From assembly GCA_951813565.1 (NCBI GenBank), contig OX638351.1:4608001-4672000 (forward strand): a DNA stretch of 64,000 bases. Direction: 5' to 3'. The stretch comes from an uncultured Poribacteria bacterium. GTDB taxonomy: Bacteria > Poribacteria > WGA-4E > WGA-3G. Below, piece by piece: positions 30,532 to 41,100 of the stretch; position 1 is the first letter of the stretch, and each line of letters begins with the position of its first letter. The notes beneath the pieces were generated by a model. That model was given only the letters and a program-made list of their open reading frames with translations, had not been told where the DNA came from and made no database searches. A program made the position numbers and the translations under genes.

Positions 30532-31302
30532 TCAATCATCCTGCTTCGGCAGGTTAAGATGGGTTCGAACGGCTTGACGCACCTCGTCGCATATATGCAT
30601 TGCATGTTGTGTATTTTCATCGGTCGCAGTATCACCAGGATAACGCGATTCCACTGCATAAGCTGTTATTATCTTAAAATCAGACTGCCAAGTTTGCCAA
30701 GCGGATAGCGTTGGTACAATCAGATTTAGCAATTCTTCAAGATCGTGCGTTTTTGAAAAAGGAATATTCGCCTCTTGCAGCCAGGCTTTTAGATACTTTT
30801 CAATACACTGTTGGACATGAAAACAGATAGAGTTATGAACAGGATTTGGAGATTCCTGAAGCCACTTTGCCGCGTTATAATCTTCTTCGGCTTTTTCAAT
30901 CCATTCCAGTGTCAAAGGGTTCATACATTCCTTTTTCTCTTTGACAAGGTTCGACATGTTTTTAGTGTTTTCTAAAATGTAGTGTACATTGGAACCATGA
31001 AGTAGCTTGCCCTTTTCAGTAATCTCGCGAAGAAACCAATCGTTATATGAAACGCGATAAGCAATCTCTTCCGGTGAACGCACCAACAAGTCCATGCTGA
31101 AGCGATATGGAATACGTTGCCGTATCTCTACAGCTTTGTTGCGAAACTCCGATTTGGGAATAGGCATCACGACAAGCAGATCAACGTCAGAGTCTTCCGT
31201 AGGAGTTCCATAAGCATAAGAGCCAAAGAGGATAACCTGTAGCGGCGCAAATTCACGGACAATGTCGTCACATGTCGCTTGAATCTCTTGTTGACTAACC
31301 AT
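30532..31302 (-). CDS. Fused minimal nucleotidyltransferase (MNT) + HEPN protein
   Basis: LFGSYAYG..DSDVDLLV (MNT); W..KAEED, CFHVQQCIEKYLKA, KTHDL, SRYPG (HEPN). Confidence 0.85.
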   Translation of the reverse strand: MVSQQEIQATCDDIVREFAPLQVILFGSYAYGTPTEDSDVDLLVVMPIPKSEFRNKAVEIRQRIPYRFSMDLLVRSPEEIAYRVSYNDWFLREITEKGKLLHGSNVHYILENTKNMSNLVKEKKECMNPLTLEWIEKAEEDYNAAKWLQESPNPVHNSICFHVQQCIEKYLKAWLQEANIPFSKTHDLEELLNLIVPTLSAWQTWQSDFKIITAYAVESRYPGDTATDENTQHAMHICDEVRQAVRTHLNLPKQDD

Positions 31303-31371
31303 GGCATTATTCCTTCTATTACCGATTTGAATTTGGGATAAACCACAAACGCTATTCAAACAGTCTCCAAA

Positions 31372-32373
31372 TCAAAACCACCAACATCCCGATCTACCAG
31401 GAACATAATGTTGCGAGAAAAAGATTCCAATTGAAATAGGCATCATGTCTTGATTTGGCAATGAAAAGAAGGGTCTATCCACTCGCAATTCAAGTTTCAG
31501 ACGACTCTTCGTAAGACGAAGCATTGAGACTCCACCAACAACATAAGCACCTAAGCCGCTATCGTTATCTGCATAGTAATAATCGTAATAATCGTAACTG
31601 TTTCTGCCGTTAAAGTTATGATACTCTCCACGAAATATTGAGAATCCTCCGCCTACATAGGGTGAAATATTCTTATTATTGAAGAAGTAACGTCCACCAA
31701 TTGACCAAGATGTGAACATAAAATCGTCGTCTGCGCTGTCGCCGCTGCTGAATCGGAATTCTGTGCCTACAGCATACTTTGGAGTCTCGTAAGACCACCC
31801 AAATTCCCAACCGGGTTCCCCGACCACATCTGTTCCTGGTAAGGAAACGCCAAAGATTCCGATATTCCAAAGAGATTCACCTGTCATTTTGTTGAGTTTG
31901 GCTGCTTCGTGTTCAGTAACACTCTCCATATCCACATTAGAGTCAATAGGTTTATCATTGACAAGTGCATCAACCAATCTGGGAGCTGCCTGAATTATCT
32001 CTTCAATATTGGCAATCCAAAGTTGCTTCTCAACAATAACCGTTCCCGGTGGGTTTTCTTGACTCAGATGAACCAATATTTTTTCTCCTAAACGACGAAA
32101 AGTAACGCGATATACATTCCCTGATTGAGGGGCTTTGTAAACGGGTTCGCTAACGGCAATACCGAGTTTTCGGAATTCTGCAGCTATCAGTATAGCCGCA
32201 CTTTGTGCATCAACTTCATCAATACCAGCATGGTCTCCAATGAATAAAACAGCATTCCTGACTTTAGCAGTGGCAGAAGCTGAACTTTGTTGGGCGTAGG
32301 TTGCAAATGGTAAGACACAAGTTAGTATTAGTATGAAAAAGACTAAGATATAGGACTTCAAGTTGATTTTCAT
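31372..32373 (-). CDS. Exported protein with C-terminal outer-membrane beta-barrel-like domain
   Basis: Signal peptide; GGRYFF..ISPYVGGG and alternating aromatic strands. Confidence 0.6.
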   Translation of the reverse strand: MKINLKSYILVFFILILTCVLPFATYAQQSSASATAKVRNAVLFIGDHAGIDEVDAQSAAILIAAEFRKLGIAVSEPVYKAPQSGNVYRVTFRRLGEKILVHLSQENPPGTVIVEKQLWIANIEEIIQAAPRLVDALVNDKPIDSNVDMESVTEHEAAKLNKMTGESLWNIGIFGVSLPGTDVVGEPGWEFGWSYETPKYAVGTEFRFSSGDSADDDFMFTSWSIGGRYFFNNKNISPYVGGGFSIFRGEYHNFNGRNSYDYYDYYYADNDSGLGAYVVGGVSMLRLTKSRLKLELRVDRPFFSLPNQDMMPISIGIFFSQHYVPGRSGCWWF

Positions 32374-32628
32374 TTTTTCTCCTTATTGGTTTCAGCAGAG
32401 GTGCAATAATTTAATGAAATTATAATGAGATTTTGTTTATATTAGTGGTAATGCATTTAACTTTTCTTTAAAAAATGAATTTGGGTATAGCACCACAGAC
32501 ACTGACGCATTCATTTGTAATCGCGCACTTTATTTCCAAATCAACAGAGAATTACACACGCGCACGCATCGTAAATTTACTACGGAAGCCACATTGTATA
32601 CATATATCAAACGCGTTATGTATAATAC

Positions 32629-32943
32629 TTATATGCTACCGATTATAGAGTACATAACTAACATAAAGAAAAAAATTAAAACAAATGGAACAATTGCCCC
32701 CACGATAGCATAAGTAAGTTGAATACCTCTTGCCTTCGATTTATATGCATCCGTGTAAAATACGATATATTCCTGTGATTTTTCAAACAAACGTGTTGCT
32801 GGTGGTGTCGGTTGATAGATGGCAGCGATGAGAATTCCGACGATGTTCGCAAAAAAACCCAAAAAAAACCATAAAATTTTGCTAATATCAGTTTCGGCAT
32901 CCTGTTCAGCTGTAAAATGAGCTTGGTTTTGATCATTATTCAT
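32629..32943 (-). CDS. Small membrane protein, paralog family
   Basis: AEQDAETDISKILWF..YQPTPPATRLFEKSQEY..YK.KAR.IQL. Confidence 0.8.
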   Translation of the reverse strand: MNNDQNQAHFTAEQDAETDISKILWFFLGFFANIVGILIAAIYQPTPPATRLFEKSQEYIVFYTDAYKSKARGIQLTYAIVGAIVPFVLIFFFMLVMYSIIGSI

Positions 32944-33062
32944 TTTTCTGTTCCCTTAAGTATCGGTTTGTGCGTTTGTGTAAAATGGTTACCACATAAA
33001 GTAGATTCACAGCTTTTTTAATATTCACTTTGCTGACTCTTTATATATCTTGATGATAGAAT

Positions 33063-33392
33063 TTAATACCTCATATTACTGACGTTCCCCATCATAGATA
33101 TTGAACCTATGAAGATCAGAATTCCAACCCCAGCACCGATGGCAAATCCCACAGCGGTATAGGTAAGTTGAATACTTCTTGCTTTGGCTTTATAAGCCTC
33201 TGTGTAAAACGCGGTATATTCTTGTGATTTTTCAAACAAACGTGTTGCTGGTGGTGTCGGTTGATAGATGGCAGCAATGAGAATTCCGATGATGTTCGCA
33301 AAAAAACCAACGGCAATCCATAGAAACTTGACAACATCAGTGTTAGCATCCTTCTCGCCATTTATCTGTGCTTGGTATTGATCGTTATTCAT
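33063..33392 (-). CDS. Small membrane protein, paralog family
   Basis: Core nearly identical to 32629-32943. Confidence 0.8.
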   Translation of the reverse strand: MNNDQYQAQINGEKDANTDVVKFLWIAVGFFANIIGILIAAIYQPTPPATRLFEKSQEYTAFYTEAYKAKARSIQLTYTAVGFAIGAGVGILIFIGSISMMGNVSNMRY

Positions 33393-33417
33393 TTTCAGTA
33401 CCTCTTTAGTATCGTTT

Positions 33418-33580
33418 TATAGTAAGCTTTAGAATTAACGGGACATTTTGAGATGTGAATCAACGCCAAATGCGCGTTTGGCGGGAGGGAACTCCGATTC
33501 CCGACTATCAGTGAGTTTCGTCGCGATTCGGAGATCGCTCCTACAGAAAATGTGTGTCTTTATTTTTCAAGTTGACTATA
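33418..33580. mobile_element. IS630-like-end MITE with palindromic cargo and nested AATCAACG unit
   Basis: tatagtaagctttagaattaacgggaca ... tgtgtctttatttttcaagttgactata. Confidence 0.75.
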
Positions 33581-33658
33581 AATAGGCAACTCTGCAATTC
33601 TGTAATGATATGAAATTGAAAATTCCGTATGTCTATTGATACTTATTCAGTGTTTGAG

Positions 33659-34142
33659 CTAACCTGTAAAAAATAGAAAGCTGCTTGTAAAAATAGCAGC
33701 CATGCCTATCCAAAGAAAAATCACTAAGCCGATAGGTATAATACCAAATTCATTTGATTCATCGTCTTTACATACCGCTCCGCTGGAGCGGAAGACAGAA
33801 AACTTCACGTGCTATAAACATACCGCTCCGCTGGAGCGGAAGAGTAGAAAAAACACTGGAAAAACAAGACGAATTCCGTTAATTTGGTATAACACAACCA
33901 ATGATGGAATAGGTAAGTTGAATCCCTCGCACTTTGGCTGTATACGCATCTGAATAAAACATTCTATATTCGTCTGATTTTTCAAAAAATCGTGATGCTG
34001 GAGGTGGAGGTTGATAGATGTATGCGATAAGAATTCCGATTACGTTTAAGGCAAACCCCACTGCAAGCCAAATAAGTTTGTTGACATCAGTTTGAGCATC
34101 CTGTTCAGCAGCAATTTGCATTTGTTGTCGATTAGCATCCAC
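33659..34142 (-). pseudogene. Small membrane protein paralog interrupted by a MITE
   Basis: Removing 33742-33889 plus one TAA restores ...IIGCVIPIGLVIFLWIGMAAIFTSSFLFFTG* (110 aa). Confidence 0.85.
33742..33889. mobile_element. 148-bp MITE, TACCAAATT terminal inverted repeats, TAA target duplication
   Basis: taa|taccaaatt ... aatttggta|taa; two cataccgctccgctggagcgg copies inside. Confidence 0.9.
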
Positions 34143-34513
34143 TCATCTGTCCTCCTTTTCGGAAAATTCTGTGTAAAGCACAGATAAATCTATCATAAAT
34201 TTTACATGAATCTTAGTTAGAACGTCAACCCTATTCTTGACCGACAAATCGAAAACTGGGATCTGAGGTTATTCTCCAATCTGGATTGAAGAATCGTCAG
34301 TTTTCAGTTAATCTTCTTACACTTAGCAGCAGTTATACCTAAATGAATAACGTGAGTTTGATAAAAGCATAGAAATCAACGCCGAATACACAAATTACAT
34401 TCGTTGGGTTTCGCTATATCTTATATCTATACGACTGGACACATAATGCATTACTTTCAGTGGAAACTTGATAACATTTGTTTTCGCCGCTCTACCCAAC
34501 CTACAATTATATT

Positions 34514-34610
34514 CTTTACAAATCTTGATGGTAAGTTTCGATGTGACATAATAATTAATGATTTAAACAGACTCCCCAAAACCCACAACAACCCATAAAA
34601 ATTTGCTGAT
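34514..34610 (-). pseudogene. Degenerate remnant of the small membrane-protein family
   Basis: Minus-strand fragments ISKFLWVVVGFG and PSRFVK resemble family motifs. Confidence 0.4.
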
Positions 34611-34724
34611 ATAACGACTTGTGCCAGTTAGTTCTTTTTATGTAATATTATATTTCACACATTTAGGATTTTCTGTTTTCTAAGTGCATCCTTATGCTAC
34701 CTTATAGTAAATCACCCTATAAAA

Positions 34725-34911
34725 ACCCAAGTTGCTACCGATTTCGTAAATTCTCTTGTAGGAGGGGTTTCTAACCCCGACAAATGCCAAAAAGCGCATT
34801 TGGCGTTGATTTGGATTTATAACAAAAGACATCCAGAATCAACGAAAAACCCTTGTTTTTTAGGAAAAACATCGTCTTTTTGTTCAAAATTTTGTAAGTA
34901 GCAACTTGTGT
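34725..34911. mobile_element. MITE with ACCCAAGTTGCTAC terminal inverted repeats and 7-bp duplication (IS982-like geometry)
   Basis: tataaaa|acccaagttgctac ... gtagcaacttgtgt|tataaaa. Confidence 0.8.
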
Positions 34912-34930
34912 TATAAAAGGAAACATAAGT

Positions 34931-35365
34931 ATGCACTTACAGGATACCTTAGAACAGTATGTTATGCAACTGAAAAATACCCCGCGCACGCTTGAAGCAG
35001 TCGTGTCTGTCTGTCGGAAAATCATGGCAACGCTTTATGACCATATTTCCCGGGCGTAGAAACACTCCGTCCGGGTCCAACAAACCGATGTCCTGACAGC
35101 GACATACTCACACTCACATGGGTGCTTGAACTGATAGGGGAGGACAGTGAACTGTCAGGATATAATCTTATCAAAGCACAACTCGGACATCTATTTACAT
35201 ATTTGCCCGAACGCTCTCGCTTCAATCGCAGGCGGCGGAACTTGTGCCACAAAAAGACTTGACACCTTCTTAGGATTTCGTGGGAGTGTTATAACCACCG
35301 CTTACGGGCTCCCTGCCGATTTTGCCATTGCACCTGCGGATACCGATGATAGAGAAGTGCTACCC
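34931..35365 (+). pseudogene. IS982-family transposase remnant (frameshifted, internally deleted)
   Basis: RPGP..CPDSDILTL...LFTYLPERSRFNRRRRNL, then FLGFR...GLPADFAIAPADTDDREVL. Confidence 0.75.
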
Positions 35366-35514
35366 TTTAAGCGTGAATATCACACCTATTTATGCACAAT
35401 CCTAATTATAATTGGCATTTCCCCTTTAAATCATGTAAAATTACTTCGTAAACAACTTACAAAAAAGGACGTTAAGTCTGTTAGAGCAATTCTTAAACTT
35501 ATAGGAATGAATAT

Positions 35515-37317
35515 GTGAGAGTACCCGAAATGCCAGAATCCAATCAACCCGTAGACTATTTAGAACGGCTTCGCCATTCAACTGCACATATTATGGCGTA
35601 TGCCGTGCAACAACTGTTTCCTGATGGTGAAAACACCGTCAAATTGGCGATCGGCCCTCCGATAGAAAATGAATTTTATTACGATATGGAGGTGCCCCGT
35701 CCAATTACGCCCGACGATTTTCCTGAAATAGAAAAACGCATGAAGGCTATGATTAAAGCCAATGTGTCTTTTGTGCAAGAAACATGGACTTATGATAAAG
35801 CACGTGAGTGGTTCACTGAACGCAACCAAACATTTAAACTGGAATTAATAGAAGGAATTTCTGACCAAGAGGTTAGTGCTTCAGATGAAGGCGTTGCAGA
35901 CGAGGGCGTTTCTATCTATCACAATGGTGACTTTACTGACCTCTGTAAGGGACCGCACATTGAAAAAACAGGCGAATGCAGACATTTTAAGCTGCTTCGT
36001 GTTTCTGGCGCGTATTGGCGGGGTGATAGCAATCGCGAGCAATTACAACGGATATATGGCACCGCATGGGAAACAAAAAATGACCTGCAAGCATATCTGA
36101 AGCAACGTGAAGAAGCAGCAAAACGTGACCATCGGAAATTAGGACGCGAATTGGAACTTTTCCAGATGCATCCCGAATCTCCTGGGAGTGTGTTTTGGCT
36201 TCCCAAAGGAGCGTTCATTTACAATCATTTGTCCGAAAAGGTTAGAAAACTCTATCTCAGTGAAGGCTACCAAGAAGTGCGGACACCACTCATCTATGAT
36301 AGTAGTCTATGGGAAACTTCAGGACATTGGGAACACTTCAAAGATGATATGTTTCTGATTGAAAATGAAGAAGGTGATCCAACGAGTGCGCTAAAACCGA
36401 TGAATTGTCCTGCACATATGCTTATTTACAAAAGCACACGCCACAGTTATCGCGATTTGCCATACCGACTTCATGACCAAGGCGTGTTGCATCGGAATGA
36501 AGCAACAGGAACGCTAAGCGGCTTGTCTCGTGTTCGTCAATTATGTCAAGACGATGCACATAACTTCGTAACCGAAGACCAGATCGCTGATGAATATGAG
36601 CGTATCCTTGGACTTTTCCAACGTATCTACAGCAAATTTGATCTGCCGTTCCGATGTGATTTTAGCACACGCAACCCGGAAAAATTTATGGGGGATGTAG
36701 ATGTCTGGAATCGTGCTGAAGATATACTTGAATCTGTGCTGAAAAACAACCAGATTGAATATGCTGTCGACCCAGGAGAAGCAGCGTTTTATGGGCCAAA
36801 ACTTGATTTTCAAGTTCGAGACTCGCTCAACCGAGATGTGCAATGTGCTACTGTCCAACTCGATTTTCAGCTGCCTGAACGGTTTGAATTGATTTATATT
36901 GCACCAGACGGTTCTGAAAAGAGACCTGTTGTAATTCATAGAGCGATTTGTGGGAGTTTTGAACGGTTTATTGCGATGCTTATTGAACACTATGCAGGTG
37001 CTTTCCCAACATGGCTTTCTCCTGTGCAGTGCGTTGTGATGACAATCAGTCAAAGATTCGTTGATTACGCGACAGAGGTCCAGGAGATACTATTAAAGAA
37101 AAATTGTCGTGTTGTGTTAGATAATAGTGATGATAAGATTGGAGCAAAAATACGTCAAACCCGCCTACAACGGGTTCCGTATATGTTAATTATTGGTGAG
37201 CGCGAACAACAAAACCGAACTGTCAGCGTCCGAAGCCGAGATGAAGGAGACATCGGCGCAATGCCGCTTGATAGTTTCGTTGACAGAATCATTCGTGAAG
37301 CTGATTTAGATTTTTAA
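35515..37317 (+). CDS. thrS: Threonine--tRNA ligase (no N-terminal TGS domain)
   Basis: RHSTAH, DLCKGPH, RDHRKLG, KPMNCP, YGPKLD, IHRA..GSFERF. Confidence 0.97.
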   Translation: MRVPEMPESNQPVDYLERLRHSTAHIMAYAVQQLFPDGENTVKLAIGPPIENEFYYDMEVPRPITPDDFPEIEKRMKAMIKANVSFVQETWTYDKAREWFTERNQTFKLELIEGISDQEVSASDEGVADEGVSIYHNGDFTDLCKGPHIEKTGECRHFKLLRVSGAYWRGDSNREQLQRIYGTAWETKNDLQAYLKQREEAAKRDHRKLGRELELFQMHPESPGSVFWLPKGAFIYNHLSEKVRKLYLSEGYQEVRTPLIYDSSLWETSGHWEHFKDDMFLIENEEGDPTSALKPMNCPAHMLIYKSTRHSYRDLPYRLHDQGVLHRNEATGTLSGLSRVRQLCQDDAHNFVTEDQIADEYERILGLFQRIYSKFDLPFRCDFSTRNPEKFMGDVDVWNRAEDILESVLKNNQIEYAVDPGEAAFYGPKLDFQVRDSLNRDVQCATVQLDFQLPERFELIYIAPDGSEKRPVVIHRAICGSFERFIAMLIEHYAGAFPTWLSPVQCVVMTISQRFVDYATEVQEILLKKNCRVVLDNSDDKIGAKIRQTRLQRVPYMLIIGEREQQNRTVSVRSRDEGDIGAMPLDSFVDRIIREADLDF

Positions 37318-37404
37318 TAAATATTAATTATCATGCAGGTTACTCGCCTGCTGTAGGAGTAGGTAATTTTTTTACCGCCTAAAAACACTAAAAGGAGTAA
37401 TGAA

Positions 37405-38010
37405 ATGTTTAAAGTATTGTCATGCCTACTGTTCATCGGGATATTCGTTTTCAGCGGATGTGGTCCCTCCAAACAGGTCACCCGTATTGATAGTGATACC
37501 ACTGTCGACCTCTCTGGTAGATGGAACGACACAGATTCCCGCTGGGTTGCTGAAACTATGATTTCAGACTGTTTAGGGCACGTCTGGATTACTAACCACA
37601 TGACTCAGGCAAAAGGAGCAATACCTGTCGTTATTGTGGGCGGCATCCGAAATAAGAGTACGGAACATATTGCCACCCAAACGTTCATCAGCGATATTGA
37701 ACGGGCATTCATCAATTCTGGAAAAGTCCGTCCTGTCGCCAGCAAAAGCGAACGTAGTGAAATCCGAGAAGAACGCGCGGATCAGAGTGAAAACGCAGCA
37801 ATTGAAACAATCAAACGTATGGGACGGGAACAAGGTGCTGATTACATGATGACAGGTGAAATCAACACCATTGAGGATCGCGAAGGTAATAAACAAATTG
37901 TGTTTTACCAGACAGATCTCACGTTGACTAACATTGAAAGCAACGAAAAAGTTTGGATCGGTCAGGAAAAAATCAAAAAGTTTATTGGGCGAAAAAAGTT
38001 TAAAATGTAG
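37405..38010 (+). CDS. LpoB-like lipoprotein
   Basis: Lipobox FSGC; DLSGRWNDTD, NKSTEHI, GADY, EKVWIG. Confidence 0.75.
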   Translation: MFKVLSCLLFIGIFVFSGCGPSKQVTRIDSDTTVDLSGRWNDTDSRWVAETMISDCLGHVWITNHMTQAKGAIPVVIVGGIRNKSTEHIATQTFISDIERAFINSGKVRPVASKSERSEIREERADQSENAAIETIKRMGREQGADYMMTGEINTIEDREGNKQIVFYQTDLTLTNIESNEKVWIGQEKIKKFIGRKKFKM

Positions 38011-38093
38011 TCCAATTCAGACTCATTCTAATGTTGAATTATAGGGCGGGTGCTAATTCCCGCCCACTCTAATTGTTTAAAATCTGTAATATA

Positions 38094-39446
38094 ATGACCA
38101 AATTTCTACCTTTTTTACTTATCATTTCTCTGACGATAGGATGTGCGGGTTATAATTTTGAAAAAGTTGAAATTAACCTTAAAACCGGCAAACCAGTAGA
38201 TGCCTACAACTATCTCAAGAAAAACGCACCGAAAAACCCTGATATCCCGCATCAGTATGAATTGGGATTAACCGCTCACTATGCTAATCTATTTCCAGAA
38301 AGCAGTAAAGCATTTGAACAAGCAGAAATGATCGCGGAAGATCGCTTCACCAAAAGTGTTTCAAAGGAGGCACTTTCCCTTGTTACCACTGATAAACTCC
38401 GTCCTTATGTTGGCACCCGATACGAGAGGTTGTTAGGTCACTATTATAGTGCTCTTAATTATATCTACAAAGGAAATTTAGACGATGCGTTGGTTGAATG
38501 TCGTCGCGCTACCAATTTAATTCAATATTTTAAAGGTGAAGAGAAAGAGTATAATTTCTTTAGTACTGGGTTTCTTACACATTTCTGCGGTATGGTGTTT
38601 GAAGCAGCGGGTGAATGGAATGATGCTTTTATATCATATAGACAAGCAGAGGAATACTATAAAAATGCTGCTGCGATTACTGGCGTCCCGATGCCTGAAG
38701 ATGTCGGTCATTCCTTGGTGCGTGTGTCACGTAAACTCGGTTTCACTGAGGAGTATGAGCGTTACCGCAAACAATATGAAGAACCAGCACCACTCCCTGA
38801 AAATCATGGCGAGTTAATTCTTTTTTATGAAACGGGTTATGTTCCACGGAAACGTGAAGAAACCTTGACCTTTCCTATTCTCAAAACCGATAAATTTGGC
38901 GAAAATGACGACAAAGACTCTATAAAGTTTGCCCGTACCCTTAGAACACGTCAGGGAATGGTTGTTGAAGAAATAAAACTTGAATACCTTGTACATGTTG
39001 CAATGCCGACAATTCGTTCCAATCGTCCAAGGTTTGCAGGTGTTAGGATTTCAGTAGAAGAAGAAATAGCCGATGGTGTGTTGATAGAGGACATAGAAAC
39101 AATGGCGATTGAAACGCTTGAATCTGAACGTCCTATAATACTTATTCGGACTTTAGTGCGTGCCTTGGGAAAATACTTAATATTCCGTAAAGCAAAGAAG
39201 GAAAACAAAGTTTTAGGCGCAGTTGTCAATCTTGCTGGTGTGCTAACTGAAAGTGCAGATGTACGTTCTTGGCAAACACTTCCAAATCAAATATTTATGG
39301 TGCGGATGCCGCTTTCTGCAGGCACTCATAAAATCAATCTCTCTTTTCTAAATGCTAACGGACGAGTCAGTGGAAATGAGTCTATTTCAGATGTTAAAAT
39401 TACCTCAAATCGGATAACCTTCCTCAACTTCCGAACATATAAGTAA
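38094..39446 (+). CDS. COG3014-like TPR lipoprotein
   Basis: Lipobox TIGC; PYVG..YE, DDALVE.RR, ADVRSWQTLP. Confidence 0.75.
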   Translation: MTKFLPFLLIISLTIGCAGYNFEKVEINLKTGKPVDAYNYLKKNAPKNPDIPHQYELGLTAHYANLFPESSKAFEQAEMIAEDRFTKSVSKEALSLVTTDKLRPYVGTRYERLLGHYYSALNYIYKGNLDDALVECRRATNLIQYFKGEEKEYNFFSTGFLTHFCGMVFEAAGEWNDAFISYRQAEEYYKNAAAITGVPMPEDVGHSLVRVSRKLGFTEEYERYRKQYEEPAPLPENHGELILFYETGYVPRKREETLTFPILKTDKFGENDDKDSIKFARTLRTRQGMVVEEIKLEYLVHVAMPTIRSNRPRFAGVRISVEEEIADGVLIEDIETMAIETLESERPIILIRTLVRALGKYLIFRKAKKENKVLGAVVNLAGVLTESADVRSWQTLPNQIFMVRMPLSAGTHKINLSFLNANGRVSGNESISDVKITSNRITFLNFRTYK

Positions 39447-39467
39447 ATATCGCTATAGAGAATAGAC

Positions 39468-40628
39468 ATGCAACGTATTTATCTTGATTACAATGCTACA
39501 ACCCCACTCCGCTCTGAAGTCCGGGACGCGATGATGCCTTTTCTGACAGATGCGTTCGGTAACGGGTCCAGCATTCACGCTTATGGGCGTGAAGCACGCA
39601 ACGCAATTGACACAGCACGCGAACAGGTGGCAGAACTCATTGGTGCAAAAAGCTCCAGTGAAATTGTGTTCACTGGAAGTGGCACAGAGGCAGATAACCA
39701 CGCCATCAAAGGACTAACTGAACTGCAAAAGAGTCGGGGAGAAGGAAACCATATCATTACCTCATCTGTAGAACATCACGCTGTTTTGCATACCTGTCAA
39801 TATCTGGAGCAAAGCGGTTTTGAGGTGACGTATCTACCTGTAGACCGATACGGGCGTATTGAAATTGAACAACTCCGTTCAGCCATTCGTGATACAACAA
39901 TTCTAATTTCCATCATGCATGTCAACAACGAAAACGGCACTATTCAACCGCTGGAAGAAATTTGTCAAGTTGCGCAGGAACACGACATCCCTGTTCATAC
40001 CGATGCTGTGCAATCAATTGGTAAATTAGATGTTGATGTACAGGAACTCGGTGTTAATCTGTTGTCGCTTTCGGGTCACAAAATCTATGCGCCAAAAGGT
40101 ATTGGTGTGTTATACATCCGCCGCGGCGCACGTTTGGCAAACCTTGTGCATGGTGGTTCACATGAACGCAATAGACGTGCAGGGTCTGAAAACGTCCCCG
40201 CTATCGTTGGACTTGGTGTTGCAGCAGAACTCGCTATGCAAGAACGGAATGCTTATGTTGAACACTTAAAAAAATTAACTGATCGACTCCGTGACGGACT
40301 TGATGCACACATTGATCGGTTACACTACAATGGACACCCCGAATACTGTGCACCCGGTACGCTCAACGTTTCTTTTGAGTCAGTGGAAGGGGAAAGTCTG
40401 ATCTTGCGACTGGATATGGAGGGAATCTGTGTGTCAACAGGTTCAGCGTGTACTTCAGGGTCTATGGAACCGTCGCATGTGCTTGCTGCTCTTGGATTAC
40501 CACCCAGATTAGCACAGGGTACTGTGCGGTTTTCACTCGGTAGGAACACGACTGAGGAAGAAATAGATACGGTAATTGCCAAATTACCGAAGGTGATTAA
40601 GCAAATGCGAGCGTTGTATAGAAGCTAA
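39468..40628 (+). CDS. iscS: Cysteine desulfurase (IscS/NifS type)
   Basis: YLDYNATTP, HTDAVQ, SGHKIYAPKG, STGSACTSG. Confidence 0.9.
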   Translation: MQRIYLDYNATTPLRSEVRDAMMPFLTDAFGNGSSIHAYGREARNAIDTAREQVAELIGAKSSSEIVFTGSGTEADNHAIKGLTELQKSRGEGNHIITSSVEHHAVLHTCQYLEQSGFEVTYLPVDRYGRIEIEQLRSAIRDTTILISIMHVNNENGTIQPLEEICQVAQEHDIPVHTDAVQSIGKLDVDVQELGVNLLSLSGHKIYAPKGIGVLYIRRGARLANLVHGGSHERNRRAGSENVPAIVGLGVAAELAMQERNAYVEHLKKLTDRLRDGLDAHIDRLHYNGHPEYCAPGTLNVSFESVEGESLILRLDMEGICVSTGSACTSGSMEPSHVLAALGLPPRLAQGTVRFSLGRNTTEEEIDTVIAKLPKVIKQMRALYRS

Positions 40629-40788
40629 TAGAACCTATAATTTGAAAATATAATACACCTGGATAGCAGGGTGATTTAGTTTTAAGAATTATCAGTTGAT
40701 GTGTGTTACTGATAGTTTATTTCGTCCGTCGGGTAGAGCGGTAGCGAAACCCGACACGTCAAGCCCTTGTCGGGTTTCGCAAGCTCTA

Positions 40789-41100
40789 CCCCATAGGCGT
40801 CAATTTAGTGGATTTTGACCCTCGGTAGATGCGTTTTCCCGACAAATACCAAATGCCAAATCAACGCCAAGCACGCGTATGGCACTTGTCGTATTTGGCG
40901 TTGATTCACCGCATCGGACTTACATGAGTTGGTAGTCACTAATTGGCAGGACATCATTGTGGGGGCGCTTTGTCCGCGCGATATATCGGCGTTGAAAACG
41001 CCTCCCACAAGAGCCTTTGGGATAAATACGGAGCGGTTAGAAACCGCTCCTACCGAGTCGGAATAGGTGGTCATGTTTTCTTAAATTGACACCTATGGGG
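40789..41100. mobile_element. 312-bp MITE with CCCCATAGG(C/T)GTCAATTTA terminal inverted repeats and several palindromes
   Basis: ccccataggcgtcaatttag ... ttaaattgacacctatgggg; adjacent to a REP at about 40731-40790. Confidence 0.8.

Noticed and set aside
33771..33840. CRISPR-like repeat pairs (also 22943-23012, 44761-44905)
   Set aside because: Only two copies each, inside MITE/REP clusters, no cas genes
35147..35518. 123-aa ORF as a gene or as the missing ThrRS TGS domain
   Set aside because: Part of it is IS982 remnant and it has no TGS similarity; TGS-less ThrRS enzymes are known
38043..38066. Intrinsic terminator after the lpoB-like gene
   Set aside because: Hairpin lacks a U-tract, resembles a REP, and the next gene is co-oriented
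40805..41074. Short ORFs within repeats (also 5690-5932, 15534-15743, 22659-23019, 34771-35025, 44127-45009)
   Set aside because: They run through MITE/REP DNA with no recognisable protein features
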